NCBI GenBank assembly: GCA_003242895.1
Contig: QKMY01000023.1
Coordinates: 1,982-65,981 of the forward strand
Direction: 5' to 3'
Source of the DNA: Candidatus Margulisiibacteriota bacterium
Lineage (GTDB): Bacteria > Margulisbacteria > Riflemargulisbacteria > GWF2-39-127
DNA length: 64,000 nt
Numbering within the stretch: position 1 is the first letter of the stretch; each line of letters opens with the position of its first letter. Made by a program: the position numbers and the translations under genes. This document shows, piece by piece, positions 19,002 through 28,876 of this stretch. The notes beneath the pieces were generated by a model that had not been told where the DNA came from, did not search any database, and worked only from the letters and a program-made list of their open reading frames with translations.

Positions 19002-20119
19002 CGTATTGAAATATAACCTCCGGGAACGCCCTTTTTCGACAGTACAATCTGCCATAATTGTAAATTACGCGCGCGAAACATGGCCGCGCATGAAGATAAA
19101 TAAAATTTCCACATCCTATAAAAAGTATTGTCATAGTTGTTCCTGATTTTGTCCCAATTGTTTTCAAAATTTGATTGCCAGGCCATGAGCGTTTTATCAT
19201 AATCAGCTCCGAAATTGTGCCAGTCTTCTATGATGAATCGATTTTCTATGTTTTTTATGACATGTATGCTAGATGGTATCATCCCATTTGGGAAAATATA
19301 TTTGTCGATCCAAATGTCGATGCCGCTTCCCAGATTATTTGCGCCTATCGTATGTAACAGAAATAACCCATCATCTTTTAAGCATCGTTCAATAACTTTC
19401 ATATAAGTATTATAATTCTTAAATCCTACATGCTCAAACATCCCTACAGAGACAATTCTATCGTATTTTTCCTGAATATCTCTGTAATCCTGAATTTTTA
19501 TATTAACTGCAGAGCCCTGGCATAATGATCTTCCGAATTCTGACTGTTTTTTGGAGATAGTAACTCCAGTTACTTTTACCTTGTATTTCTCAGCAGCAAA
19601 TTTTGATAAACTTCCCCAACCGCAGCCGACATCAAGTATACTCATTCCCGGCTTTAATTGTAACTTTTTACAAATCAGATCGAATTTGGCTTCCTGTGCC
19701 TGATCGATATTTTTTGCTGATTTCCAATAGCCGCAGCTATAGGCCATATGTTTACCCAGCATGTGCTTAAATAGGTCATTTCCAAGATCGTAATGCCTTG
19801 CTGCGACTTGCTTCGCTCTTGTTTTGTTTTGCTTGTTGAAAAGTTTGAATTTTATAATTTCTAAGAGAACTGTTCTATTTATCTTTATGTTTGGTGATAC
19901 GTTGTGGCTTAAAATGCGATGAAAAAATATATCAAGCTGCTGACAATCCCACCAGCCGTCCATATATGCCTCTCCAAGACCTAATGAATGATCGATTAAT
20001 ATTCGTTGGTAGAGCCTGTCATCATAGACTTTTATATCCCACGGATTGCTTCCATTAATGGTGATTCCTGCCGAAGATAGTATCGTGTTGATAATTGGTT
20101 TGATTTTGTTTTCTGCCAT
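18998..20119 (-). CDS. cfa: Cyclopropane-fatty-acyl-phospholipid synthase
   Basis: Motifs LGLGEAYMDGWW, HYDLGN, YSCGYW, LDVGCGWG, SVGMFEHVG and YIFP. Confidence 0.95.
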   Translation of the reverse strand: MAENKIKPIINTILSSAGITINGSNPWDIKVYDDRLYQRILIDHSLGLGEAYMDGWWDCQQLDIFFHRILSHNVSPNIKINRTVLLEIIKFKLFNKQNKTRAKQVAARHYDLGNDLFKHMLGKHMAYSCGYWKSAKNIDQAQEAKFDLICKKLQLKPGMSILDVGCGWGSLSKFAAEKYKVKVTGVTISKKQSEFGRSLCQGSAVNIKIQDYRDIQEKYDRIVSVGMFEHVGFKNYNTYMKVIERCLKDDGLFLLHTIGANNLGSGIDIWIDKYIFPNGMIPSSIHVIKNIENRFIIEDWHNFGADYDKTLMAWQSNFENNWDKIRNNYDNTFYRMWKFYLSSCAAMFRARNLQLWQIVLSKKGVPGGYISIR

Positions 20120-20139
20120 AATTACCCTCAAAAAAGGTA

Positions 20140-20604
20140 TCAGAATTTTTTATCTAGCTTAAGGAGCGTAGTTATTAAGAAAATTACCCCTATGAGTAAT
20201 ATTTGTGTGGAAGGAGCGTTCCGTATGAGCATTATGATGCCGGAGCTATTCTCAACCACCTTTAGCGAGAAAAGGATGAGTTGAAAAGTAGCGAAGATGA
20301 TTGCTGCTATTATGCCAATACTGTTATCTGACTTGCTGTAGGTGTCTTTCTCTACTTCTTCTTCTAAGCTATCCGGATTAGTAATCTTCTTGTTGCTGCT
20401 AAAGAAAAAACTAAGGAAGTGAGGATAGAAAAAAATGATAATTCCAATGAATAACAGGTTGTTCGCATAGATCACAAGAACTACTGCCGGAGAGAAGATT
20501 ATCAGCAAAAAAATTATTATCATTACCAGATAAGCGAAGTATAAGTAGATTATCTTCGCGCTAGTGACTATAAAGTTGGATATCAGTTCTATAAAATAAT
20601 TCAT
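20140..20604 (-). CDS. Hypothetical membrane protein
   Basis: 154-aa ORF with about four hydrophobic segments, co-oriented with cfa. Confidence 0.6.
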   Translation of the reverse strand: MNYFIELISNFIVTSAKIIYLYFAYLVMIIIFLLIIFSPAVVLVIYANNLLFIGIIIFFYPHFLSFFFSSNKKITNPDSLEEEVEKDTYSKSDNSIGIIAAIIFATFQLILFSLKVVENSSGIIMLIRNAPSTQILLIGVIFLITTLLKLDKKF

Positions 20605-20628
20605 TGTAGGTTGCCTACTCTTCCTGAT

Positions 20629-21144
20629 TCACTTGAATTCATGCTTTTTAACGTATAAGAATGCTATCCGAGGTATTTCCCAAACCATTATGGAAGTAAT
20701 GATAATCCAAGCCATATCGTAACTATTTATTGAGAAGATAAGGGATTTCAAGAAAAATTGGATGGTCACTTTTGAGAGTCCAGGTATCATTGGCAAGTAT
20801 GAAGCTATATCGGCTCCGTACTCTTTTATAATCAGATTTTTAATATGATAAAAAAATACAATGTATTTACTGGCAAGAAATCCTGGGATAATAGATGAAA
20901 TCGCGATTATTTGAAGTATGAATAATTTGTTTTTATTTGATAAAATGATAACTGACAAGCTGCCTAGCATGCCTACGAATAGAATCATGAACCTGATTTC
21001 ATGTTTCGTCAAAACACTGAGCAGTCCCCACAGTATTCCACCGCAAACTGCCATGGTCATACTTCCGACAAAAGCTGTAATAAGTGAAATTATTGACGGA
21101 CCTTCTATGGTTATTCCTGATTCTAATGTATTAATACTTTCCAT
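20629..21144 (-). CDS. Hypothetical membrane protein
   Basis: Several TM segments; GAGGAG upstream of ATG 21144. Confidence 0.65.
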   Translation of the reverse strand: MESINTLESGITIEGPSIISLITAFVGSMTMAVCGGILWGLLSVLTKHEIRFMILFVGMLGSLSVIILSNKNKLFILQIIAISSIIPGFLASKYIVFFYHIKNLIIKEYGADIASYLPMIPGLSKVTIQFFLKSLIFSINSYDMAWIIITSIMVWEIPRIAFLYVKKHEFK

Positions 21145-21463
21145 GTTTTCCACTCCTCAAAAAATATTGTCACAATCTTAGTCAATTATTATGAGAAGTC
21201 AATTGGCTAAATGCCGCAGTGAATTCTTTGTTTTTAGTCGGTGTTTATTGGAAAGATACTGGAAATTTTTAATCGAATAATGATCAGGTTTAATCGTTAT
21301 TGAATTGTGCCGCGTAATAGAGTGTTGTCATCGAAATCTCTATTTACACCATCTTTTTATTGTGTTAAATAGTGCAATAATTTAAGTGCCTGTTATATTT
21401 CTGGCATAATATTGCCACTTGTAAATTGGTCTGTAACACATGGCAAAATTATGGAGGGTTAGT

Positions 21464-22027
21464 ATGTGTAATGAAATTATTATTTTTGTCGTTTTTATGG
21501 CTATGTTTTTGGGGGTTGCTTATCTTTTCTATTTTAGAAGTAGTAAGAAGCCAGTCACTGGCAAAGCTTACTTCCGTAGAAAAAAATCTTTTCATATTGA
21601 TTTTCCCAGTGGATGGAAAAAAAAGCCAAGTAACAAACCCGAGATTATTGCTGCATCGACGTGTGGTAATGGTGGCTCTATTACTATACTTTCAAAACCC
21701 TTACCTAAGGATATCGAAAACTTTACATTGGGGGATTTCTCCTCAGAACAGTTGGAAATTATAATTAAAGAGGTCTTTTGCTCGATTGAAAATAAATATT
21801 CCGGTGCAGTGCTCCATGACAATGGAATAACCCGGATAAATAATAAAAGCGCTATCTGGTTCCTTTATTCATATTCATATAATAGTGACTTTATAAAAAT
21901 GTTAGAATTAGTGACTTTTTGCAATAGGAAACAGTATACGATGGCTTGTGCGGCACCGGCATTTCTTTTTGCTGCCTACGAGAATTTGTTTTGGAACACG
22001 CTGCGAAGTACAATATTCGAGGAATGA
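21464..22027 (+). CDS. Membrane-anchored PsbP/DcrB-like protein
   Basis: N-terminal TM, FHIDFPSGW, RINNKSAIW and a C-terminal Y.MACAAP...F pattern; GGAGG RBS. Confidence 0.55.
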   Translation: MCNEIIIFVVFMAMFLGVAYLFYFRSSKKPVTGKAYFRRKKSFHIDFPSGWKKKPSNKPEIIAASTCGNGGSITILSKPLPKDIENFTLGDFSSEQLEIIIKEVFCSIENKYSGAVLHDNGITRINNKSAIWFLYSYSYNSDFIKMLELVTFCNRKQYTMACAAPAFLFAAYENLFWNTLRSTIFEE

Positions 22028-22304
22028 TGATGGGTGGACTGAATTGTTGGTATTTTCATAAAAGGGTGGGATATTTTAAAATAGTAATATATATAGTTTA
22101 ATATTATGTAATATAAATATAGATTTTAATAAAATAAATATTTACATGGAATATTTCATTTGGCATTTGACAAATTTCCGGAATAAGTATACATTGCTTG
22201 GTTAATATTCGGAATAAAAACATAATAGAATCTAAAATGTTGTTTTTGTTTATAGATACAGTTAAAAAATGAAATGAAGCATAGTTTTGAAAGGGGTGGT
22301 TCGA

Positions 22305-23198
22305 ATGAAAAAACATACATCAGTACTGGTTATTTATTTGTTGTTGTTTGTTTGTGGCTTTTTGGCTCCAGCAAGCTATAATCGTAGTTTTATCATTAAG
22401 GAACCTAAAGTTGTAATCAAAAAAGTTGTACCTGGACGAAGTGCTCTTTCAGAAAAAAAAGTTGAGATTATCCCGGCGGACGACATTAGTTATTATGATA
22501 GCCAGTACTCTCAGTTATCTTTTGGAAACGAAAGCAACGTTATTAAGTTATTGCTGGCAGATGGAGATATGGAATCCCAACTATCGGATGTCATTAATAT
22601 GGACGACTATCTTCGGAAGAATTGTATTAAAGGGAGCAATGATCTAAAAACGTTGAATGCCGGTTTTAGCAGTTATGATCAGACAATGGAGAATATGATC
22701 TTTCGTATTATCAAGAATTCTGATAATAATTTGGAAGATGTTGTGGCAAAAAAATATGCCCGGTTGTTTGTGCGATATTCTCGCCAATACCAGGTTCATC
22801 CTCTTCTAGCTGTGGCTGTGGGGTGGCGTGAAAGCGGGTTCAAGCCAAAGGCAGCTTCTTATGCTGGAGCCGTTGGCATCATGCAGATAATGCCAATTAC
22901 AGCGAGAGAACTTGGAATTGTTAACCGCCAAGATCCTGAGCAAAGCATAAAAGGTGGGGTAAAATACTTACACCGGCAACTTAAGAGTTATAAAGACCTT
23001 CGAATGGCATTAGCGGCTTATAATGCCGGACCTGCAGTTATAAGAAGGAATGCTAATAATGAGCGTCTTATTTCCCCTTATTATCGTCGGACAAATAAAT
23101 ATATACCTCATATTGAAGGTTTTTTAAGAAAACAATTAGTCTATATAGGCATCGACCCAAAAGTGGTTGATGATATTCATTTCTGGTTGTTAACTTAA
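22305..23198 (+). CDS. Lytic transglycosylase (SLT domain)
   Basis: Motifs RESGF, GAVGIMQIMP and ALAAYNAG; N-terminal signal or anchor. Confidence 0.92.
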   Translation: MKKHTSVLVIYLLLFVCGFLAPASYNRSFIIKEPKVVIKKVVPGRSALSEKKVEIIPADDISYYDSQYSQLSFGNESNVIKLLLADGDMESQLSDVINMDDYLRKNCIKGSNDLKTLNAGFSSYDQTMENMIFRIIKNSDNNLEDVVAKKYARLFVRYSRQYQVHPLLAVAVGWRESGFKPKAASYAGAVGIMQIMPITARELGIVNRQDPEQSIKGGVKYLHRQLKSYKDLRMALAAYNAGPAVIRRNANNERLISPYYRRTNKYIPHIEGFLRKQLVYIGIDPKVVDDIHFWLLT

Positions 23199-23519
23199 GC
23201 ATAAGAACCTTCGGTGGAGGGATTCCATTAGGCATATATGGCTGTTACCGGTCTCTTTTGTGCTTATTTATATAATTCTATAAATCTCGAGTTCCTTTCT
23301 GTCAAAAAAAGTGTATAATAGTATGCGGTTTGTTTATTTATAACCTAAAGTCAACACTTCTGACTTATTCTATAACTTATTTCTTAAAGATTTAAAGAGA
23401 AATACTGCGAAATAGAAGGCAGTAAGCTTGAGTCGTGATTTACATATCACGTAATGGTCTTTTTCGAGTTTTTATCGAAAGGGAATGTTTTTAATTTATG
23501 GAAGGTAAAGAGATTCACT

Positions 23520-25349
23520 ATGGAACAAAGTAAAATAAGAAATGTAGCAATTATAGCCCACGTAGATCATGGAAAGACTACGTTGGTCGATCAACTTTTT
23601 AAACAAAGCGGGATGTTTCGTGAGAATCAAGTAGTCGAAGAACGGCTGATGGATTCAATGGACCTGGAAAAAGAGCGGGGAATCACGATAACCTCGAAGA
23701 ATGGTTCTTTTCGATATAAAGATCATTTTATTAATATTATTGATACTCCCGGGCATGCTGATTTCGGCGGTCAGGTAGAGCGAGTCCTTAAAATGGCTGA
23801 TGGAGCGCTACTTCTGGTTGATGCGGCTGAAGGTCCTATGCCCCAAACTTACTTTGTACTCAAAAAAGCCTTGATGTTTCATTTGCCGATAATAGTGGTT
23901 ATCAATAAAATTGATAAGACTGATGCCAGATGCGAATGGGTATTGGATAGTGTTTTTGATCTTTTTGTCAAGCTGGGTGCTCCGGACGACATTCTTGATT
24001 TTCCGGTTGTTTACGCTTCAGCTCGTGACGGCTATGCTTCTCATGATTATGCCGAAGATGCAGATTCTATGGAGCCGTTATTCGATAAAATTGTCAGTTG
24101 CCTTCCTGCACCTAAAGGAGATCCTGACGGACCACTGCAAATGTTAGTGAATTCGCTGAGTTATTCGCCGTTCCTTGGCCGTTTGGCTATTGGGAAAATA
24201 ACTTCCGGCCAACTGAATATTAACAAAGATGTTGTTGTTGCGAAAAACGGTGAGATTCTTTTCCCAGCCCGAATAACGAAAGTGTATCGTTTTGAAGGGA
24301 CAGAAAAAAGTGAAACTGCTATCGCCAGTGTCGGTGAAATAGTTGCTGTGGCAGGAATGGAATCAATAACCGTGGGACAAACTTTGACTGATCCTGATAA
24401 TCCGATATGTCTTACAAGTATCGAGATTGATCCGCCAACAATTTCTATGAACTTTATTCCTAATGATTCTCCTTTTGCCGGGAAAGAAGGGAAATTTGTT
24501 ACCTCAAGACATATTCGGGAAAGATTATTTCGAGAGACTCTTTCTGATGTCGCCTTAGTTGTTGAAGAAATAAGTGATACAACTGGGTATTCGGTATCTG
24601 GCAGAGGAGAATTGCATTTATCAATCCTTATCGAAAAAATGAGAAGAGAAGGGTATGAGTTTCAGGTAACAAGGCCTCAAGTTATATTCAGAGAAGAAAA
24701 TGGAACGAAACAGGAGCCATACGAAGAATTAACTATTGATGTTGACGAAAATTTTATGGGTAACGTAATCGAGAACCTTGGTGGAAGAAAAGGGCTTATG
24801 CTGGAAATGCACCAGGAGAATGGTATGGCTCGAATGAAATATAAGATTCCTACCCGAGGGTTGCTTGGGTTCCGTTCGGAATTTATGAACGAAACTAAGG
24901 GTATGGGTGTAATGAACTATATTTTTATGAAATATGATGACTTTGCCGGAGAGATTAAAAATAGAAAGCGGGGCGTTCTGGTTGTGAAAGAAGAATGCGC
25001 CACCGTCGCCTATGCTTTATTTAATCTTCAAGAAAGAAGCAAACTATTTCTGGGACCTGGCGAGAAAGTCTATCAAGGTCAGATTGTTGGAGAAAACGCC
25101 CGTGAAGGAGATATGGTTGTTAATCCGGGCAAAGGCAAAAAGTTGTCAAACGTGAGAGCCGCAGGGTCTGATGATGCTGTAGTGCTTACTCCTCATACTC
25201 TGATGAGCCTGGAAAAGTGCATTGCGTTTATTAACGATGACGAACTTGTTGAAATAACTCCAAAATCTATCAGGTTGAGAAAGATAAAGCTTAACGAAGC
25301 AGATCGGAAACGTTCGAAGAGCGAAGAGCGTGGTAATGAGACAGCCTGA
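23520..25349 (+). CDS. typA: Translational GTPase TypA/BipA
   Basis: Motifs AHVDHGKTT, ERGITI, DTPGHADFGG, NKID, GRGELHL and ELVEITPKSIRLRK. Confidence 0.97.
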   Translation: MEQSKIRNVAIIAHVDHGKTTLVDQLFKQSGMFRENQVVEERLMDSMDLEKERGITITSKNGSFRYKDHFINIIDTPGHADFGGQVERVLKMADGALLLVDAAEGPMPQTYFVLKKALMFHLPIIVVINKIDKTDARCEWVLDSVFDLFVKLGAPDDILDFPVVYASARDGYASHDYAEDADSMEPLFDKIVSCLPAPKGDPDGPLQMLVNSLSYSPFLGRLAIGKITSGQLNINKDVVVAKNGEILFPARITKVYRFEGTEKSETAIASVGEIVAVAGMESITVGQTLTDPDNPICLTSIEIDPPTISMNFIPNDSPFAGKEGKFVTSRHIRERLFRETLSDVALVVEEISDTTGYSVSGRGELHLSILIEKMRREGYEFQVTRPQVIFREENGTKQEPYEELTIDVDENFMGNVIENLGGRKGLMLEMHQENGMARMKYKIPTRGLLGFRSEFMNETKGMGVMNYIFMKYDDFAGEIKNRKRGVLVVKEECATVAYALFNLQERSKLFLGPGEKVYQGQIVGENAREGDMVVNPGKGKKLSNVRAAGSDDAVVLTPHTLMSLEKCIAFINDDELVEITPKSIRLRKIKLNEADRKRSKSEERGNETA

Positions 25350-25423
25350 TAAGGTTGTGGTTTCCTTTGTTTGTATGATATTATTCTAGCAGTAACTAAT
25401 TCATAGCAAGGAGATGTAAAATA

Positions 25424-25681
25424 ATGTCTGATAATAAAAACGATGGATCGAAAGTTAAATCCTGGCTTGCTTTTGCCTATGTAGCACTTTTTGTGATTGC
25501 AGTTGTTGCTGGCGTTGGAATTCTGTCACAACGGTATGATATTGTTGTGAGTAACAATCCGATGTATGCATATAAAATCGACAAGATGACTGGGCATTCC
25601 TGGTTTATCTATCGAAACAGAGAGCTAAAGATGTTGCATGACCAGGCTGATACCGGTACTCCTGATCAACAAGTTCAATAA
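25424..25681 (+). CDS. Small single-TM hypothetical protein
   Basis: AAGGAG RBS, one TM helix and a YKIDKMTGHSW segment. Confidence 0.7.
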   Translation: MSDNKNDGSKVKSWLAFAYVALFVIAVVAGVGILSQRYDIVVSNNPMYAYKIDKMTGHSWFIYRNRELKMLHDQADTGTPDQQVQ

Positions 25682-25706
25682 GTCACATAAAAATTTTTTT
25701 ACTATT

Positions 25707-25744
25707 AAATGAATATTCCCGCTATGTAGCGGGAATATTCATTT
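25707..25744. terminator. Bidirectional terminator-like perfect inverted repeat between convergent genes
   Basis: AAATGAATATTCCCGCTA-tg-TAGCGGGAATATTCATTT (18-bp arms). Confidence 0.75.
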
Positions 25745-25769
25745 GTAAGCATACTAGTTTTTCCTCGGT

Positions 25770-26798
25770 TTATTTGACAAGGTGCTCTAGCTTTTTTTGC
25801 TGTTCAATTGTCCCGATGAAGAGAAGTACTGATCCGGTTGTCAAAATAGTGCTGTCAGGTGGATTGTATCGGTAATTGCCATTATCTTCACTCGAAGAAT
25901 AGGCGATGATGTTAAGCCCTGTTTTTTCGTGAATATGTGTTTGAGAAAAAGTTTTTCCCGCAATACTGCTATGTTCCGGGACTACCACCTCTTCAACCCT
26001 GATGGATTCCTCTTTCGTGTAAAGCATCCTGTCGAGGAAAGAAACTACATTTGGACGTAAAATGTGCGAAGCAATCCTCATTCCGCCAATATAGTTAGGG
26101 CTTACGATATAGTTAGCTCCGGCTTTCTGTAACTTTTCATTCATGCTCAGTTCGGTAGCCGTAGAGACTATTTGAATCTCCGGGTTCAACATCCGTGCGG
26201 TAACTGCCAAAAATAGATTGTCTTTATCGTTTGCCAGTGTTGTTACCAGTGAATTTGCATGTTTAATGTTAGCTTCTTCTAAAATTGCATCACTTGTAGC
26301 ATCGCCTATGATAACCAGACATCGTGGAAATTCTTCTCTTAACTGTTTGAATTTATCCTGATCGGAATCTATTACGACGAAGTTTTTTTTGTTGATGTGC
26401 ATTTCTCGAATTACATGGATGCCAGTTTCACCGGCACCGCAGATTACATAGTGATTTTTCATTTTTAGTATTTTCCTTTTTATGGAGTTTATTAATAGGA
26501 GGTTATTTAAGTGGCCTTCTATGAGAAAAGCTGAAACCGCGGAAACGGAATATAAAACTATTCCCATGCCGATTACTAGCAAGATGATTGTGTACCAGAT
26601 AGCGACCGGATTATTCTGCACATTCAATATATCTCCATAACCGACTGTAGAAAGTGTTATCCCGGTCATAAAAAAAATATGGTTCCAGCTTTGATCGGAA
26701 AACAATAATTTATAGCCTGCTGCACCTCCTAGAAAAGAGCTTATAAGTGCAATTATAGGTATTTTTAGATTTTCCCAGATAAGTTTTAAGTTGGACAT
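25770..26798 (-). CDS. Potassium channel with TrkA-N/TrkA-C (RCK) domains
   Basis: Selectivity filter TVGYGD between two TM helices; Rossmann motif ICGAGETG; GDAT. Confidence 0.93.
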   Translation of the reverse strand: MSNLKLIWENLKIPIIALISSFLGGAAGYKLLFSDQSWNHIFFMTGITLSTVGYGDILNVQNNPVAIWYTIILLVIGMGIVLYSVSAVSAFLIEGHLNNLLLINSIKRKILKMKNHYVICGAGETGIHVIREMHINKKNFVVIDSDQDKFKQLREEFPRCLVIIGDATSDAILEEANIKHANSLVTTLANDKDNLFLAVTARMLNPEIQIVSTATELSMNEKLQKAGANYIVSPNYIGGMRIASHILRPNVVSFLDRMLYTKEESIRVEEVVVPEHSSIAGKTFSQTHIHEKTGLNIIAYSSSEDNGNYRYNPPDSTILTTGSVLLFIGTIEQQKKLEHLVK

Positions 26799-26965
26799 AA
26801 TTTTAATATATCATGAAAAATATGAAATTAGTACGAAAAAAGAGTCAGTAGCAGTGCAATATTTTGTAGTCAATAGTCTTGTTCTCACCCATTGAAAAAA
26901 AAAGCCATAATTATCATAATAGATTAAACAGGTCTGAATTTAATCATTACAGTGTGGATTATTGA

Positions 26966-28786
26966 ATGAAGAGAAAATCTATTAAGGTTATATTGTGCAT
27001 TCTTATTGTATTTGCAATTGTCGTATTAAACCAGTTGCCCTTATTTAAGTTGTTCCACTGGAAACTAACTGATTTGAAGTTTGTCGTGAGAGGCCCGATA
27101 AAGACTCCGACAAATATTGTTATTATCGCTATAGACGATGAGTCCATTGCTTGGTTAGGTACCTGGCCGTGGCCAAGAAATAAATATGCTCAATTAGTTG
27201 ATCAGCTTAAGTTGGCTGGCGCGAAATTGATTTTTTTCGATATTTTATTTGATTCTCCCACGAGCTTTGATCCTGATGATGATGTCAAGTTTGCCCAGTC
27301 GATCAAAAAATCCGGTAATGTCCTCTTGGCTGCGTATTTCAAAAATACTGAAAATAATAGCTTTGTTCGCTATGTTCAGGATCCATTTAATCCTCCGATA
27401 AAACTATTGAAAAATTCTGCACTTGATATCGGAATGGTAGACATTAGTTTTGACAAATCCCAGGTAATAAGAAAAATCCCGATGTTGTTTTCAGGAGATA
27501 TAAAATATCCGAACCTAACATTGCAGGCTGTCCGTTATATTCAAGCAGATAAGCCTCCTATTAAGCATTTATCTTCTTCTATAGTTGTGGGTAAATACGC
27601 AATGCCTATTTCCCAAGACCGGCGGTTCGTTATTAACTATCGCGGTGGGGCTAAATCATTTCCATATATTCCATTCGATAGGGTGATTGATGGCTCGTTT
27701 ATCAAGAAAAATCCCAACTTCCTGAAAGATAAAATCGTTTTAATCGGTGCTACAGCTATTGAATTGCAAGACTATATCGCCACCCCGTTTTCGAATATCG
27801 TCCCGGGAGTGGAAATGTATGCTAATGCCATTCAAACTGTTTTAGATCGTAATTATTTGTACGAAAGTCCTCCATGGTTTGATTTTCTGGTAGTCCTGTC
27901 TTTGTGTATTATCTCGATAAAGTTTTTCTTAAGCTTATCATCCAGAAGAGCCTTTGTGTTTTTCCTTGCCTGTACGATTGTTATTATGGCAGTAGATTTG
28001 GTTGTTTTTTTAAAAATGAATTATATTCTTAAATCGTTTGAATATTTTTCGGCGCTATTGTTTCCCTTTATCGGATTAATTGGTTACAGGTATTACAAAG
28101 AAGAAGAGGAAAAGCGATATGTTAAGAGCGTTTTTTCTCAGTATGTTGATCCCAGCGTTGTTAACAAGCTCCTAGAACATCCGTCTCGTATTATTTTAGG
28201 TGGGGAAAAGAAACAGGTTTCTATTTTTTTTAGTGATATCAGGGCATTTACTACGTTTAGCGAACGGCATTCTCCTGAAGTGGTTGTCGAGTATCTTAAT
28301 GAATACCTTGATGCCATGACCAAAGTGATCTTTGAGCATAAAGGGACGCTGGATAAATATGTTGGCGATGAGATCATGGCAATATACGGTGCACCGCTTG
28401 AGATGCCTGACCACGCAAAAGTTGCAGTAGAAGCTGCGCTAAGCCAGTTGGATATGCTGCAAAAAATTAATGAAAAAAGAGCGAGGGAAGGCCGGGATCA
28501 ATTCGGTATCGGGATGGGAATTCACACCGGGGAAGTGGTTATCGGAAATATTGGCTCTACCATGCATAAGGATTATACGGTTATTGGGGACTCCGTCAAT
28601 CTCGCTGCCAGATTAGAGTCGACAACCAGAAATTATGGGACCAAAGAGAGTCCGGTTAATTTAATTATTTCTGAGGATACCTATAAGTTAGTGAAGGATT
28701 TCTTCATATGTGAATATCTCGATGAAATTATTGTAAAAGGGAAAACGATTCCTGTTAATATCTATTCTGTTGTTGGGAGAAAGTAA
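26966..28786 (+). CDS. CHASE2-domain class III adenylate cyclase
   Basis: CHASE2 motifs IAIDDES..GTWPWPR, FDILF, KIVLIG and PGVE; three TMs; cyclase motifs FSDIRAFT, DKYVGDEIM and YTVIGDSVNLAARLE (Lys and Thr, the ATP-specifying residues). Confidence 0.94.
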   Translation: MKRKSIKVILCILIVFAIVVLNQLPLFKLFHWKLTDLKFVVRGPIKTPTNIVIIAIDDESIAWLGTWPWPRNKYAQLVDQLKLAGAKLIFFDILFDSPTSFDPDDDVKFAQSIKKSGNVLLAAYFKNTENNSFVRYVQDPFNPPIKLLKNSALDIGMVDISFDKSQVIRKIPMLFSGDIKYPNLTLQAVRYIQADKPPIKHLSSSIVVGKYAMPISQDRRFVINYRGGAKSFPYIPFDRVIDGSFIKKNPNFLKDKIVLIGATAIELQDYIATPFSNIVPGVEMYANAIQTVLDRNYLYESPPWFDFLVVLSLCIISIKFFLSLSSRRAFVFFLACTIVIMAVDLVVFLKMNYILKSFEYFSALLFPFIGLIGYRYYKEEEEKRYVKSVFSQYVDPSVVNKLLEHPSRIILGGEKKQVSIFFSDIRAFTTFSERHSPEVVVEYLNEYLDAMTKVIFEHKGTLDKYVGDEIMAIYGAPLEMPDHAKVAVEAALSQLDMLQKINEKRAREGRDQFGIGMGIHTGEVVIGNIGSTMHKDYTVIGDSVNLAARLESTTRNYGTKESPVNLIISEDTYKLVKDFFICEYLDEIIVKGKTIPVNIYSVVGRK

Positions 28787-28876
28787 TTTTTTTAAGGGTA
28801 CGCTCCTGCGCGTATCATGCCAGAATTTTCAGATAAGTATTTGCAATTTAAAATTCATAGCTGCTATAATGAAATA

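Noticed and set aside
21402..21417. TGGCATAATATTGCC as a second sigma-54 promoter
   Set aside because: GG-to-GC spacing is one base short on both strands.
23196..23266. Imperfect long hairpin after the transglycosylase stop
   Set aside because: Weak, bulged AT-rich pairing that is compatible with chance or a poor terminator.
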